Shown piece after piece: positions 7,177-16,920 of a stretch of 64,000 nt of DNA. The DNA comes from Planctomycetota bacterium (GTDB taxonomy: Bacteria > Planctomycetota > UBA1135): assembly GCA_026421205.1 (NCBI GenBank), contig JAPKBM010000001.1:1893-65892 (forward strand), written 5' to 3'. A program made the translations under genes and the position numbers. Position 1 is the stretch's first letter; each line of letters starts with the position of its first letter. The notes under the pieces are model-generated. The model had not been told where the DNA came from, did not search any database, and saw only the letters and a list, made by a program, of their open reading frames with translations.

Positions 7177-9278
7177 ATACCTGGGCTGGATTTCCACTCC
7201 CCAAGGATGGGCCGGCACCGGGCAGCTGCATCCGTGTAGAACGCCCCGAGGACGGCTTGGTCTTTTTGCACTTAGACCCACCCCACCGATCCCTTGCGGT
7301 TTTTGATGGGCCTCTGCTCAGAGACCTTGACGCGGTCCTGCAGGACTTAGAGCATGATCACAATTTGAAAGCGGTCGTTCTTGCCGGTGCAGATCCCCTT
7401 CGCTTTGCCGGAGGTGCCGATTTGGATGCTATTGCCACCTTTGATGATCCCGTAGTTTTGGAAGAAGTCGTTCTTGCCGTCCACAAACTCTTCCGACGCC
7501 TTGAAAAACTTCCCGCGCGTACGGTTGCAGCCGTCGGCGGCCCTGTTCCTGGTGGTGCCTGTGAGATCTCCCTTTGTTGCGATTTTATTGTGGCCGCCGA
7601 CCACCCTAAAACTCGGATTGGGCTTCCAGAAACACAATTGGGCATTATTCCAGGTTGGGGCGGATGTCACCGTTTGCCACGGCGCATTGGACTTCCCGCC
7701 GCCATGCAGGCCATTCTCTCCGGAAAGCTTTACCCGGCGAAGAAAGCAAAAAGACTCCAGATGGTTGACCGCGTCACCGCGCCGGAATACCTCTGGGAAG
7801 TGGCGGCCAACATCGCCATGAAAAGAGAGCGCGTGCGCCCCGTGTCCCGTGGTTGGAAACATTGGCTTGTTGACCGCAATCCACTTTTAATGCACCTCGT
7901 GTCCAAAAAGGCACGGGAAACAGTCATGAAAAAAACGCGGGGCAAATATCCCGCTCCTTTAGAGGCTATTTCTTTGGTGGCCAACGGAGTACAAACCCCC
8001 CTTGAGGAAGGTGCAAAAAAAGAAGCGCGCGCCATTGCGAAGCTCGCATCCGGTTCGGTCTGTAAAAGTCTGGTACGGCTCTTTCAAGCATCCGAAGCTG
8101 CTAAAAAATGGGGCAAGAATGCCGACGGAACCTCGTTTCCTCCTCTTCAATCCGCAGGAGTTGTCGGCGGTGGAGTCATGGGCGGTGGCATCGCGAGTAG
8201 TTTCGCCATGAAGGGCATCGCAACTCGCCTAGCCGACCTTTCGCAAGATGCCGTGGACGCGGCTGTTCAAAATCACCGCAAAGACGTTGCGAAAAAAGTC
8301 AAGCGGAGACAATTCCAAAAGCATCAAGGGATGGCTGCCGTGGACGCACTGGATGGCACCACGTCCATCCATCAGTTTTCTCACGCAGAGCTCGTTTTGG
8401 AAGCCGTAGCAGAACGACTGGAAATCAAACAAAGCGTCTTCAAAGAAATCGCGGCCAACGTTTCGGAAAGCACAATTCTCGCCACAAACACATCTTCCCT
8501 CTCCGTAACGAAAATCGCCGAAGGCATCCCTCACCCAGAGCGCGTCGTCGGCATGCACTTCTTCAATCCGGTCAAAAGAATGCCCTTGGTGGAAGTCATC
8601 CAAGGAGAACAAACTTCAGAAGAATCCGTCCGACGCGTTGCGGCATTAGCACTTCGCCTTGGAAAGACTCCGGTGATTGTCAAAGACGTTGCCGGTTTTC
8701 TCGTGAACCGGATTCTTGGCCCCTATTTAGATGAAGCCGTCCGTCTTTTCCTAGATGGAGCGGATGTTCAAAAAGTAGACCGGTTTCTTGTGGACTTCGG
8801 CATGCCCATGGGTCCCTTCCGCCTTTTGGATGAAGTCGGCTTGGACATTGCCAAGCATGCCGGAGAATCTCTCCATCGGGCCTATGGAGAACGCATGGAG
8901 CCAGCAAGTGGACTGGAAGCGCTTTCTTCCGAATCACGCTTGGGAAGAAAAACAGGAAAAGGTTTTTACGATTATCCCAAAGACAGAAAAGAAAAGCCGA
9001 CGCCCTGCACGGATTTGGCGTCCTTCCAAACGAGAACCGTTGCAAAGAACCTTCCCAAAGAAGATGTGGTCGATCGCCTTGTTCTGAGCATGGTGAACGA
9101 GGGCCTCCTTTGCCTTCAGGAAAACGTCGTCGCTGGGCCACAGGAATTAGACCTGGCTACCGTGTTTGGCACTGGGTTTGCCCCCTTTGAAGGAGGTCTT
9201 TACTCCTACGCCCAACGGCGGGGCCTTCAAAACATCCAAGGTCGCCTCCTGGAACTTGGCAAAAAGCCGCTCTTTTAA
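7173..9278 (+). CDS. fadJ: Multifunctional enoyl-CoA hydratase / 3-hydroxyacyl-CoA dehydrogenase, FadJ/FadB-like
   Basis: The ATG at 7173 overlaps the thiolase TGA (ATGA). Crotonase part: GGACEISLCCDF, LPETQLGIIPGWGG. NAD-binding site GVVGGGVMGGGIA. Dehydrogenase C-terminal domains: MHFFNPVKRMPLVEV, GFLVNRIL. Thiolase-first order matches fadIJ. Confidence 0.9.
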   Translation: MNTWAGFPLPKDGPAPGSCIRVERPEDGLVFLHLDPPHRSLAVFDGPLLRDLDAVLQDLEHDHNLKAVVLAGADPLRFAGGADLDAIATFDDPVVLEEVVLAVHKLFRRLEKLPARTVAAVGGPVPGGACEISLCCDFIVAADHPKTRIGLPETQLGIIPGWGGCHRLPRRIGLPAAMQAILSGKLYPAKKAKRLQMVDRVTAPEYLWEVAANIAMKRERVRPVSRGWKHWLVDRNPLLMHLVSKKARETVMKKTRGKYPAPLEAISLVANGVQTPLEEGAKKEARAIAKLASGSVCKSLVRLFQASEAAKKWGKNADGTSFPPLQSAGVVGGGVMGGGIASSFAMKGIATRLADLSQDAVDAAVQNHRKDVAKKVKRRQFQKHQGMAAVDALDGTTSIHQFSHAELVLEAVAERLEIKQSVFKEIAANVSESTILATNTSSLSVTKIAEGIPHPERVVGMHFFNPVKRMPLVEVIQGEQTSEESVRRVAALALRLGKTPVIVKDVAGFLVNRILGPYLDEAVRLFLDGADVQKVDRFLVDFGMPMGPFRLLDEVGLDIAKHAGESLHRAYGERMEPASGLEALSSESRLGRKTGKGFYDYPKDRKEKPTPCTDLASFQTRTVAKNLPKEDVVDRLVLSMVNEGLLCLQENVVAGPQELDLATVFGTGFAPFEGGLYSYAQRRGLQNIQGRLLELGKKPLF

Positions 9279-11476
9279 AGTTCGGCCAGCTTCTTCAGAT
9301 AATTCTTTGCCGCGGCCTGAATGGCGTCATTCCCTTGCTCTTCTGCAAACTGCAAGGCTTGCATGAAGTATGTTTTCGCCACCAACGGATTCCCGGCGCG
9401 CACCTCAATAGAACCCAAGTTTAAATAAATCATGGGGTCCGACAGGTTCATTTTCACCGCGCGCAATAAAACTTTTTTTGCACGACCCACTTTTTGAATG
9501 CGCAGCAAAGAAGAGCTCAGGCGCAGCAATACGTCGGCATGCGAAGCGTCCAACTTCATGCAAGCGTCAAAACTCTCGGCCGCCTTAGCCCATTTTTCCT
9601 GCTTCTCAAATAATCGACCAAGTTGAAAATGAGTATCAGGTATTTGCGCGTCCAAAGTCTTTGCACGGAGAAAGGACTGCAAAGCACCTGCATCATCGCC
9701 TAACTTTTCTTGCGCCATACCCAAGCCAAGGAAAGCCTTGAACCCTTCGGAATCTCGCCGGGCCACCTCTTGATATGCCGTCAAAGCAGCCGTCCACCGT
9801 TCATCGGCAAAGGCCCAATTTCCTTCAAACAACAATGCCGAAGGATCTTCCGCATCCAACAATTTGGCCATCTGCAAGTGGTCCTTCCACGCCGGCAATT
9901 CCATCCGCCGTTCTAAATCCGCCAAAGCCAAAATCTCCATCACTCCCGCAAAAGGGGTGGACGCCAACTGCTGTCGCACGCGCAAGGCATCTTGAAGCCG
10001 ACCGTCCTTTTCTAAGAGCTGCGCCAACGTTGCCAAAGAAGTGGTATCTCCTGGATTTTCCGCAATTACTTCGCGCAATAATTCTTCCGCCCCTTCCACG
10101 CCTCGCGATGCCATATCAAAAGCACGTTTTTGTTTTTCCATCCACTGAATTCCATCCTTCGGGTCCCGCCGCTCGGCTTCCGTTTCATCAAAGGACATGG
10201 AAACATACCCCAAAGCCTCAAGCTCTTCCCTCTCCGATGGATCCATGTCCGCCATTTGTGTCCGCAAGGCATCCTTTTGCCCGGGTGCCAAAAGCGCATT
10301 CAATTCTTTTTTCAATACACCTGCTTGCTCAGCCTGACTTGCCCATACATTGTTTAATTCTTTTGCATCTTGTGCTAAATCGTAAAGTTCCGAGCGTGGT
10401 GCCTGTAAAAAACGCCAATCTTGATTACGAATCCCGCGCAAATCAGACCAGCCTAAGTTGTAATAACCAAACATGGATTCGGAATACACCGACCGCGCCT
10501 CCAATTGAGGTTCCGTTGGATTCACGGACAACGCGGAACGCAATGATTCCCCATCCATCTTCTCTGGCGCCTTCACACCAAGCACATCACACAAGGTCGG
10601 CACAATATCCACCGAACTCACGGTAGGCGAAAACCGTTTTCCCAGTGCAAGGGAAGGATGGGAAAAAATTAAAGGAACATGCGTTGTGGCATCATAAATG
10701 AAAATGGCGTGCGTCGGTTCTCCGTGTTCCCCTAAAGATTCCCCGTGGTCGGCGGTCATCACCACCAAAGTATCTTCCTGATCTCCACGAGCTTGAATGG
10801 CGTCCAGCACCACCCCCATCTGTTCATCGGCGTATGCAATCTCCCCGTCATAAGGATTCCCCCCACACCTTTCTGCAAAACCCTCTGGGGGGTCATAGCC
10901 ATGATGCGGATCAAAAAGATGAACCCACAAGAAGTAAGGCTCATCACCGACGCCCTCCAAAAACTGTAACGCGCGCCGGACCGTGTCGTCGGCGCGAGTC
11001 TCCCGCAGTAGAAAACTTGAGTGAATTGATCCAGCCGTTAGGTTGTCATCATAAACATCAAAACCTTGCGCCAAGCCATAACGAGAATTCAAAACCATGG
11101 CACTTACGACTGCACCTGTTTGAAAACCATCCTTTCGCAAGATCTCGGCCAAGGTCTCCACCTCGTCCGGCAACGCGTGTGTTCCGTTATTCCTCACTCC
11201 GTGCGAAAACGGATAAAGGCCCGTCAAGATACTGGCATGAGAAGGCAAGGTAATGGGCGCCGTACTGATGCAATCCTCAAAGAGAACCCCATTTTCAGCT
11301 AAAGCGTCCAGGCGCGGTGTGCTTGCCGACGGAGATCCATAGCAGGCTAGGTGGTCGGCCCGCGTGGTGTCGAAGGTGAAAAGGACAACATTTTTCACAG
11401 CAGGCACCCCCAAAGGAGCCGTTTTCCCGCAGGAGAACGCAATGAGGACAAGGAACAGGGCCAGGGGAGCTTTCAC
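9275..11476 (-). CDS. Alkaline-phosphatase-superfamily 'sulfatase-like' lipoprotein with C-terminal TPR array
   Basis: MKAPLALFLVLIAFSCGK is signal/lipobox-like. VVLFTFDTTRADHLACYG, APITLPSHASILTG (Thr at nucleophile position), TADHGESLGEHG. A junction LEALGYV, then about 300 aa of TPR-like repeats. Stop codons overlap fadJ (TTAA at 9275-9278). Confidence 0.85.
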   Translation of the reverse strand: MKAPLALFLVLIAFSCGKTAPLGVPAVKNVVLFTFDTTRADHLACYGSPSASTPRLDALAENGVLFEDCISTAPITLPSHASILTGLYPFSHGVRNNGTHALPDEVETLAEILRKDGFQTGAVVSAMVLNSRYGLAQGFDVYDDNLTAGSIHSSFLLRETRADDTVRRALQFLEGVGDEPYFLWVHLFDPHHGYDPPEGFAERCGGNPYDGEIAYADEQMGVVLDAIQARGDQEDTLVVMTADHGESLGEHGEPTHAIFIYDATTHVPLIFSHPSLALGKRFSPTVSSVDIVPTLCDVLGVKAPEKMDGESLRSALSVNPTEPQLEARSVYSESMFGYYNLGWSDLRGIRNQDWRFLQAPRSELYDLAQDAKELNNVWASQAEQAGVLKKELNALLAPGQKDALRTQMADMDPSEREELEALGYVSMSFDETEAERRDPKDGIQWMEKQKRAFDMASRGVEGAEELLREVIAENPGDTTSLATLAQLLEKDGRLQDALRVRQQLASTPFAGVMEILALADLERRMELPAWKDHLQMAKLLDAEDPSALLFEGNWAFADERWTAALTAYQEVARRDSEGFKAFLGLGMAQEKLGDDAGALQSFLRAKTLDAQIPDTHFQLGRLFEKQEKWAKAAESFDACMKLDASHADVLLRLSSSLLRIQKVGRAKKVLLRAVKMNLSDPMIYLNLGSIEVRAGNPLVAKTYFMQALQFAEEQGNDAIQAAAKNYLKKLAEL

Positions 11477-11550
11477 AACCAGAATTGTAGGTTGACCATG
11501 CTTTTCAATGCTAGAGTTGATTGTTCTCTTCCCTTGGAAAATTCCCCCTC

Positions 11551-12399
11551 ATGAGACCTCTTTCTTTTTTTCCCGCCCTCATTCTCTGTGCCCCTCTAGC
11601 GTCGGCGCAGATGGATTCGATTACCACAACGTTTGCCAGCAACAATGGACACACGGGAAACATCTTTACCGTGTCTGTGACGAGTGATGTAACGATTCAT
11701 AGTTTCGACATCAATTCCAGTTCCACAGCGGCCTTCACCGTTGACATTTATTACAGGTTGGGCTCCTACACGGGCTTTGAAACGGATCCAACGGCCTGGA
11801 CCCTAGGCGGAACTGCAAGTGTCACGAGCAATGGCGCAGACATGGCCACACCTGTTCCCGTCGATATTGACTTGGATGTTGCAGCCGGCGACGTTTGGAG
11901 CTTTTACATCACCGGCTCTGGTTTCAAATATACCGATGGAACGCAGGAAGGTGCCCCGTTTGTCAGCGACAGCAACCTCACGATTCACGAAGGCCTTGGC
12001 ATGGGCCCCCCTTGGTCCGGGACCTACTTCACCCCAAGAATCTGGAACGGCACCATTCACTACGAAGCAGGTCCACGCCTCATCATGCCTCCGTTAGTCG
12101 AAGGCACCCTCGCCGACTTCTCTCTCGTGTCCTGTGAGCCAGACTCACTAACCGTCTTGGCCTACTCCATTGTCGGTTCGGGCCCCACCGGAAGTCCTTA
12201 CGGAATTATAGATCTCTCTATGCCCATCATGCAGTTGCCGGGGCTATACGCCGACGCCAACGGGCAAGCTTCCTGGTCCGTCACCATTCCATGGGGACTT
12301 GCCGGTCTTGCGGTTTACGTGCAAGGGCTTGAAAGAAAGTGGGATGGCCAACAGTTCATCTTCACGCTCACGAACTCAGAATCCGGCGTGATTCAATAA
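11551..12399 (+). CDS. Hypothetical secreted protein
   Basis: ATG at 11551 gives MRPLSFFPALILCAPLASAQ, which looks like a signal peptide. The rest is Thr/Ser/Gly-rich and beta-type in composition. I recognise no family. Confidence 0.55.
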   Translation: MRPLSFFPALILCAPLASAQMDSITTTFASNNGHTGNIFTVSVTSDVTIHSFDINSSSTAAFTVDIYYRLGSYTGFETDPTAWTLGGTASVTSNGADMATPVPVDIDLDVAAGDVWSFYITGSGFKYTDGTQEGAPFVSDSNLTIHEGLGMGPPWSGTYFTPRIWNGTIHYEAGPRLIMPPLVEGTLADFSLVSCEPDSLTVLAYSIVGSGPTGSPYGIIDLSMPIMQLPGLYADANGQASWSVTIPWGLAGLAVYVQGLERKWDGQQFIFTLTNSESGVIQ

Positions 12400-12408
12400 A
12401 AGACCGGG

Positions 12409-13251
12409 CTACTTTTTCCCCACGATGTAGGCAATCCAAGTTCCTTCATTCTCGAATTCTTCGCGTTTTTCAAAAAGGCCGTCGGTGTCATCCGAATCTT
12501 CATCCCAGCCCTCGGTATAGACCTCTACGGTCTGAAAACCTGCCTGAAGAAATAAGTCCCGGACTTCAGGAAGCGTCCATAGCCTCCAGTCATAGGTGAA
12601 AGCCTTTTGGATTTTCGTTCCACGCTTGACTGTGAAGTGAATATGACACAAGAAATCCCCCGTAATGGGGTTGTAGGCGGCCTGCTCCCAGGTGTAAGTA
12701 AACGGAGGCAGTGCCGTGCCGTCGGGCTTTTTGGCGCCCGTGATTTTCCTGTCTTGAGAATCTTCGCACATGGCGTCGGTGCCACCCATCATGTCAATCA
12801 CAAACAATCCATCCTCTTCTAGATTTTGATAAGCCGCCTTGAAGTACACCAATAATTCTTCCGGTGTTTTGAAAATATTATAAGAAAAATTTTGTGCACT
12901 AGTGAGTTGAGATTTTTGCTCCAGAGGGGCCAAGACGGTTTCTTCATGAATAACCACGTTTTGGCGTCGATCCCCCAAAAGGGAGAGAATATGCTTTTCA
13001 CCCCAGGACAAAGTCTCTGCACACAAATCCACGCCAATGGCCTGATTGTCTTCATGCCGGCGCACCCACTCTGCACAAAGCGCTGCGGTTCCGCAAAAAT
13101 CTTCGCGCATCACTCTCAGTTCACGGCCCGTATGGGCGCGATAAACCTCTTCAAAAAACTCCGCGTCGGCCTCAGGGCACTGAACGCTTGCGAGGTAGAA
13201 GTCGAACTTATCTGCCTGTGCAGATGCGGGCTTTTTTAATTTAGGGCTCAC
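12409..13251 (-). CDS. Class I SAM-dependent methyltransferase (putative)
   Basis: VMREDFCGTAALCAEWV (motif-I-like G-x-G variant), followed by QAIGVDL (acidic end of beta-2) and LEEDGLFVIDM (motif-III/IV-like). Confidence 0.6.
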   Translation of the reverse strand: MSPKLKKPASAQADKFDFYLASVQCPEADAEFFEEVYRAHTGRELRVMREDFCGTAALCAEWVRRHEDNQAIGVDLCAETLSWGEKHILSLLGDRRQNVVIHEETVLAPLEQKSQLTSAQNFSYNIFKTPEELLVYFKAAYQNLEEDGLFVIDMMGGTDAMCEDSQDRKITGAKKPDGTALPPFTYTWEQAAYNPITGDFLCHIHFTVKRGTKIQKAFTYDWRLWTLPEVRDLFLQAGFQTVEVYTEGWDEDSDDTDGLFEKREEFENEGTWIAYIVGKK

Positions 13252-13467
13252 AAAAATCTCGGGGGACCGAAGATTCTAAAGGAGCCTAAGGAATGGGGGT
13301 TAAATAAATTGGGTTGGATGCCGCCACAAAACCTTGGCCAAGGCGCCCACAAACTGAAGCAATCTAATAGGTCTGACCCACCAAAGAAGAAGAAAGAGGC
13401 ACGGGAGCCTTATCCTATAGGGGTTGAGAAACCCTGACAAAGCCATAGGGTTTCCCAATACTTCCCC

Positions 13468-15240
13468 ATGACTGCGCCCCTTCTTTTAAGCCTGTTCACT
13501 TTGCTGGCAGGCCCCCTCCTCTTTCGCCTTTCGCGAGGATCGAAATCTGCTTTAGCCAGTTTAGATGGATTAGTTCGCGTTGCTGTTGGCGGACTTCTCC
13601 TCCTTCATGTTCTTCCACAGGCTTGGAATGAAGCGGGTTGGTTGGCCTTTCCCGCCCTCCTCTTCGGCATTACTCTTCCTCGCCTACTGGACCGATCTTT
13701 CCATGATCATCAAGGAAGGGCTCATCGCACGGAAACAGCCTTGGCACTTCTTGGCCTTGGCCTTCACGCTTTCCTGGATGGCGCCGCGCTATCTTCCAGC
13801 TCGGTCCTTGCCAGCGCCATCATTTTGCACCGACTTCCCGTCGGACTTGCCGTCTGGTGGCTCGTTCAGCCTGCCTTCGGTACCCGACCGGCTCTCTTTT
13901 CTCTTATGAGCATGGCCGTTCTGACCGTCATTGGGGCTTGGGCCGGCGGAAGTCTCCTCATGATTGCACCCCCGGAAGCCTTGGGGTTCTTCCAGGCACT
14001 CATGGCCGGCGCCCTGCTCCACGTCGTCATCGGGCACCCCCGCCAGCTAGACCAAGAGGGGACAGCGCCAAAGGAACGTGCATTTTCTGCAGCGGGCGGG
14101 CTCCTTGGAATTGCCATTCTCTTGGCGCACGGAGAAGCTCCCTTGCACACCGACGCATTCCATGGCCTTGGAGAAACCTTCCTTCTCCTCTTTTCGGAAA
14201 GCGCACCGGCCCTCCTGGCTGCATTTTTCACCGTTACTTTTGTGAAAGCCTTTTTTCCCACCAGTTGGGTCGGTTTTTTCCGTGGAGGCTCCACCTTGAG
14301 TCAAGCACTGCGAGGAACCGCCGCCGGACTTCCTGTTCCAATTTGCTCGTGTGGGGTCATTCCGCTTTATCGAGGCATGGTGGAAGCGGGTACTCCCGGG
14401 CCAGCAGCTCTTGCTTTTTTAATTGCCACTCCGGAGCTTGGCTGGGCCAGTATGGTTCTTTCCTTCGGATTGTTGGGCACGGAAATGACGCTGATTCGTG
14501 TGGGCGGCGCGGCACTGCTTGCCCTGAGTATCGGCATTCTCTTGGGCTCAAAAATTAAAATGCGTCAGCAACAGCCCATCCCAAGAGAGGAGCGCCCCCC
14601 CTTCCTGAAGCGCCTACGAGACGGTGCGGGATATGGTTTCGGCCAGCTCGCAGATAGCACAGGACCTTGGATTTTATTGGGGCTGCTCATTGCGGCCATG
14701 ATGCAGCCCATTTTGGATTCTGGTTGGCTGGCTTCTCTCCCTCTGGGCGCCGACGTTTTCGCCGCCGCACTCATCGGCCTTCCACTCTATGTTTGCGCTT
14801 CAGGTTCCACGCCTCTTGTCGCCATGTTACTCCTCAAAGGCCTTTCCCCTGGTGCCGCCTTAGCATTTTTACTGACAGGTCCTGCCACGAATCTCACCAC
14901 CTTCGGAATTTTAGCCAACCTACACCCCAAAAAAATCGCGGTGGCTTTCAGCATTCTGATGCCCTTAGGAGCGATCGTTCTTGGTCTTACGGTGAATTCC
15001 TGGTTGGGGGCAGGATTCCAGCCTCTTCCTTTTTCCGACGCCCACCACGGTGGTGACCTCCCTCTTTGGAAATGGGCTACCAGCGCTGGGTTAGCCCTCG
15101 TTTTCCTCAGCAGCCTCTTTCGGCTTGGCGTTCCTGGAATTCTGGCCAAAATTGTGGATCCGCATGGAGGAGATGGACCAGGAGACCCTGAGGCCAACCC
15201 AGAACAAAAAAAGAGCTGTTGTGACGGCTCTTCGGCTTAA
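13468..15240 (+). CDS. Polytopic permease, putative metal(loid) transporter (ArsP/PF03773-like C-terminal half, ZIP-like N-terminal half, Cys-rich tail)
   Basis: GLPVPICSCGVIPLYRGMVEAGTPGPAALAFLIATPELG is the signature region of the 'predicted permease' family. The N-terminal half has HAFLDGAAL and ILHRLPVGLAVW. The C-terminus ends KKSCCDGSSA. Confidence 0.65.
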   Translation: MTAPLLLSLFTLLAGPLLFRLSRGSKSALASLDGLVRVAVGGLLLLHVLPQAWNEAGWLAFPALLFGITLPRLLDRSFHDHQGRAHRTETALALLGLGLHAFLDGAALSSSSVLASAIILHRLPVGLAVWWLVQPAFGTRPALFSLMSMAVLTVIGAWAGGSLLMIAPPEALGFFQALMAGALLHVVIGHPRQLDQEGTAPKERAFSAAGGLLGIAILLAHGEAPLHTDAFHGLGETFLLLFSESAPALLAAFFTVTFVKAFFPTSWVGFFRGGSTLSQALRGTAAGLPVPICSCGVIPLYRGMVEAGTPGPAALAFLIATPELGWASMVLSFGLLGTEMTLIRVGGAALLALSIGILLGSKIKMRQQQPIPREERPPFLKRLRDGAGYGFGQLADSTGPWILLGLLIAAMMQPILDSGWLASLPLGADVFAAALIGLPLYVCASGSTPLVAMLLLKGLSPGAALAFLLTGPATNLTTFGILANLHPKKIAVAFSILMPLGAIVLGLTVNSWLGAGFQPLPFSDAHHGGDLPLWKWATSAGLALVFLSSLFRLGVPGILAKIVDPHGGDGPGDPEANPEQKKSCCDGSSA

Positions 15241-15517
15241 GGAAAGGGCAATAACCGCCAAGTGCCCACGGGATCCTCATGCCCGGCCAACCCTCAGGGG
15301 TCCTGTCCTCTCTTACCGCGTTGCAGGCATCATGCCGTGGAAGCCAACCCGAGCCATCACTCCTTTCAAACCATGTCGGGAGTCACTGGACGTCATGGAA
15401 GATGACTCGGCTCATGGTCAGTCCAATCATGGCTGGATGGCTTTAGGTTTTGAAGGCCGAAATAATGGCGAGCTGCAGACCTTCTTAGTCATTAAACCGC
15501 TCTAATACGATACGGAG

Positions 15518-16081
15518 GTGAACTCCGGCACCCGCGTCCTCATAGCAGTCGTCATCATCCTCTTCCTGGTTATGTCAGGATTGCTTGGTGGCCTTCAGTG
15601 GTTCCAATCACATAGCCGTTCGGACCCCGCGGAAGTCCAGGCAATTGCCGACACCATTCTCCTTATAAGCCTTCCTTCAGAACTCCTACCCGTGAAAGGC
15701 GCTGATTTGTCGGAAATGAATGGACTTCGGCTTGCCGCATTTGAAGGAACCGATGCGCGGGGAAGAAAAACCCACTTCCTCATGACTGCCATTACTTCGC
15801 AGAATTTCGATGCAAGTAAAGAGTTTGAATCCGGCATTGACTGGGAGGAAGATGAGTATGAACTTCTTGAAAAAGGGGTGAAGGAATTTCTCTATCAAGG
15901 AAACTCCGTGCCGGGCTACTTTTTCCGATTCAACAACTCGCATGGGGATAAGCGAAATGAATTCTCTGCGGTTCTTGACAGCGCCACAGGAAAAATTATC
16001 CTTTCCTTGAATGGGCCTGCCGACACGGTCGGCGATGAGATCCTGCAAGGCCTTCTGGAGACGGTGTCGGCGGCACCATGA
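15518..16081 (+). CDS. Hypothetical membrane-anchored protein
   Basis: GTG start. One N-terminal TM helix (VLIAVVIILFLVMSGLLGGL), then an acidic soluble domain. The stop overlaps the radical SAM start (ATGA at 16078-16081). Confidence 0.5.
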   Translation: MNSGTRVLIAVVIILFLVMSGLLGGLQWFQSHSRSDPAEVQAIADTILLISLPSELLPVKGADLSEMNGLRLAAFEGTDARGRKTHFLMTAITSQNFDASKEFESGIDWEEDEYELLEKGVKEFLYQGNSVPGYFFRFNNSHGDKRNEFSAVLDSATGKIILSLNGPADTVGDEILQGLLETVSAAP

Positions 16082-16920
16082 TTTCTTACGAGGGCAACGT
16101 CTTCCGACCCCCCTCAGAAGCGAACAGCCTCATCCTGCAGGCAACGCTAGGTTGCAGTTGGAACCGCTGTACTTTTTGCAGCATGTACCGAGACAAAAAA
16201 TTCCGCGTTCGAAGTCTCGATGACTTAAAGCGTGAAATTCAATGGGCAAAAGACAATATCGCCCCCGTCCGAAAAGTTTTCTTGGCCGATGGAGATGCTC
16301 TCATGGCAAAAGCATCTTTCCTCGAAGATATCTTGGACCAATTAGCCGACGCCTTCCCCCATTTACAGCGCGTCAGTGTTTACGCTTCCCCGCAGTCTCT
16401 CCAGGTGCGCACCGTTGAAGAAATGACAATGCTTCGGGAAAAGGGCCTCCGTCTTTATTACGTTGGACTAGAAAGTGGAGACGACGCAACACTCCTTCAA
16501 ATGGACAAAGGAGTTGATGCAAAAGAATGGGAAAGGGTGGCCGGAAAAGCCCATCAAGCCGGCGTAAAATTATCTGCCATGATTCTTCTGGGAGTTGGTG
16601 GAAAAGCACTCAGTCACCAACACGCCATGCACTCCGCAAACCTAGTCAATGCCATTCAACCGCGGTTTTTAAGCACACTGGTGACCACACCATATCCAGA
16701 AACACCGTTGATTCAGCAAGTGGAAACAGGAGAGATCTCCATGCTCAGCGAAGAAGAACTTCATCAAGAGTTCACAACGTTCCTGGGAAATCTAGAACTT
16801 CATGGAACTATTTTCAGGTCCAATCACGTAAGCAACCGAAGTGTTCTTGCCGGAAATTTCCCGAAAGACAAGGAAGCTCTTCTTTCTGCTTTAGAAGATA
16901 GCCGACCTCAATCCACGTAG
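16078..16920 (+). CDS. Radical SAM protein (no auxiliary-cluster domain)
   Basis: FRPPSEANSLILQATLGCSWNRCTFCSMY gives a Cys triad with Cx4Cx2C spacing (16153-16179). FLADGDAL, YVGLESGDD. No further Cys clusters in its 280 aa. Confidence 0.8.
   Translation: MISYEGNVFRPPSEANSLILQATLGCSWNRCTFCSMYRDKKFRVRSLDDLKREIQWAKDNIAPVRKVFLADGDALMAKASFLEDILDQLADAFPHLQRVSVYASPQSLQVRTVEEMTMLREKGLRLYYVGLESGDDATLLQMDKGVDAKEWERVAGKAHQAGVKLSAMILLGVGGKALSHQHAMHSANLVNAIQPRFLSTLVTTPYPETPLIQQVETGEISMLSEEELHQEFTTFLGNLELHGTIFRSNHVSNRSVLAGNFPKDKEALLSALEDSRPQST

Noticed and set aside
9775-10626. 283-aa plus-strand ORF antisense to the sulfatase-like/TPR gene. Similar long shadow ORFs: 13857..14558, 29767..30453, 32195..32905, 41387..42064, 47339..47941, 58040..58612, 5769..6239, 7347..7862
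   Set aside because: Each lies entirely inside a gene with strong family motifs on the other strand or frame. They have Pro/Arg/Ser-rich low-complexity composition and no recognisable domains. Such shadow ORFs are typical of moderately GC-rich DNA.
15125-15505. 126-aa track ORF as a real gene
   Set aside because: Its first 38 codons overlap the 3' end of the permease gene in another frame, and the sequence has no recognisable features. Only the distal short-ORF possibilities are kept, as a low-confidence note in the radical SAM finding.
16078-16920. Radical SAM protein as an anaerobic sulfatase-maturating enzyme for the neighbouring 'sulfatases'
   Set aside because: anSMEs carry SPASM-type auxiliary Cys clusters, and this 280-aa protein has only one Cys triad. 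The neighbouring sulfatase-like proteins have Thr, not the Cys/Ser-x-P-x-R target motif.
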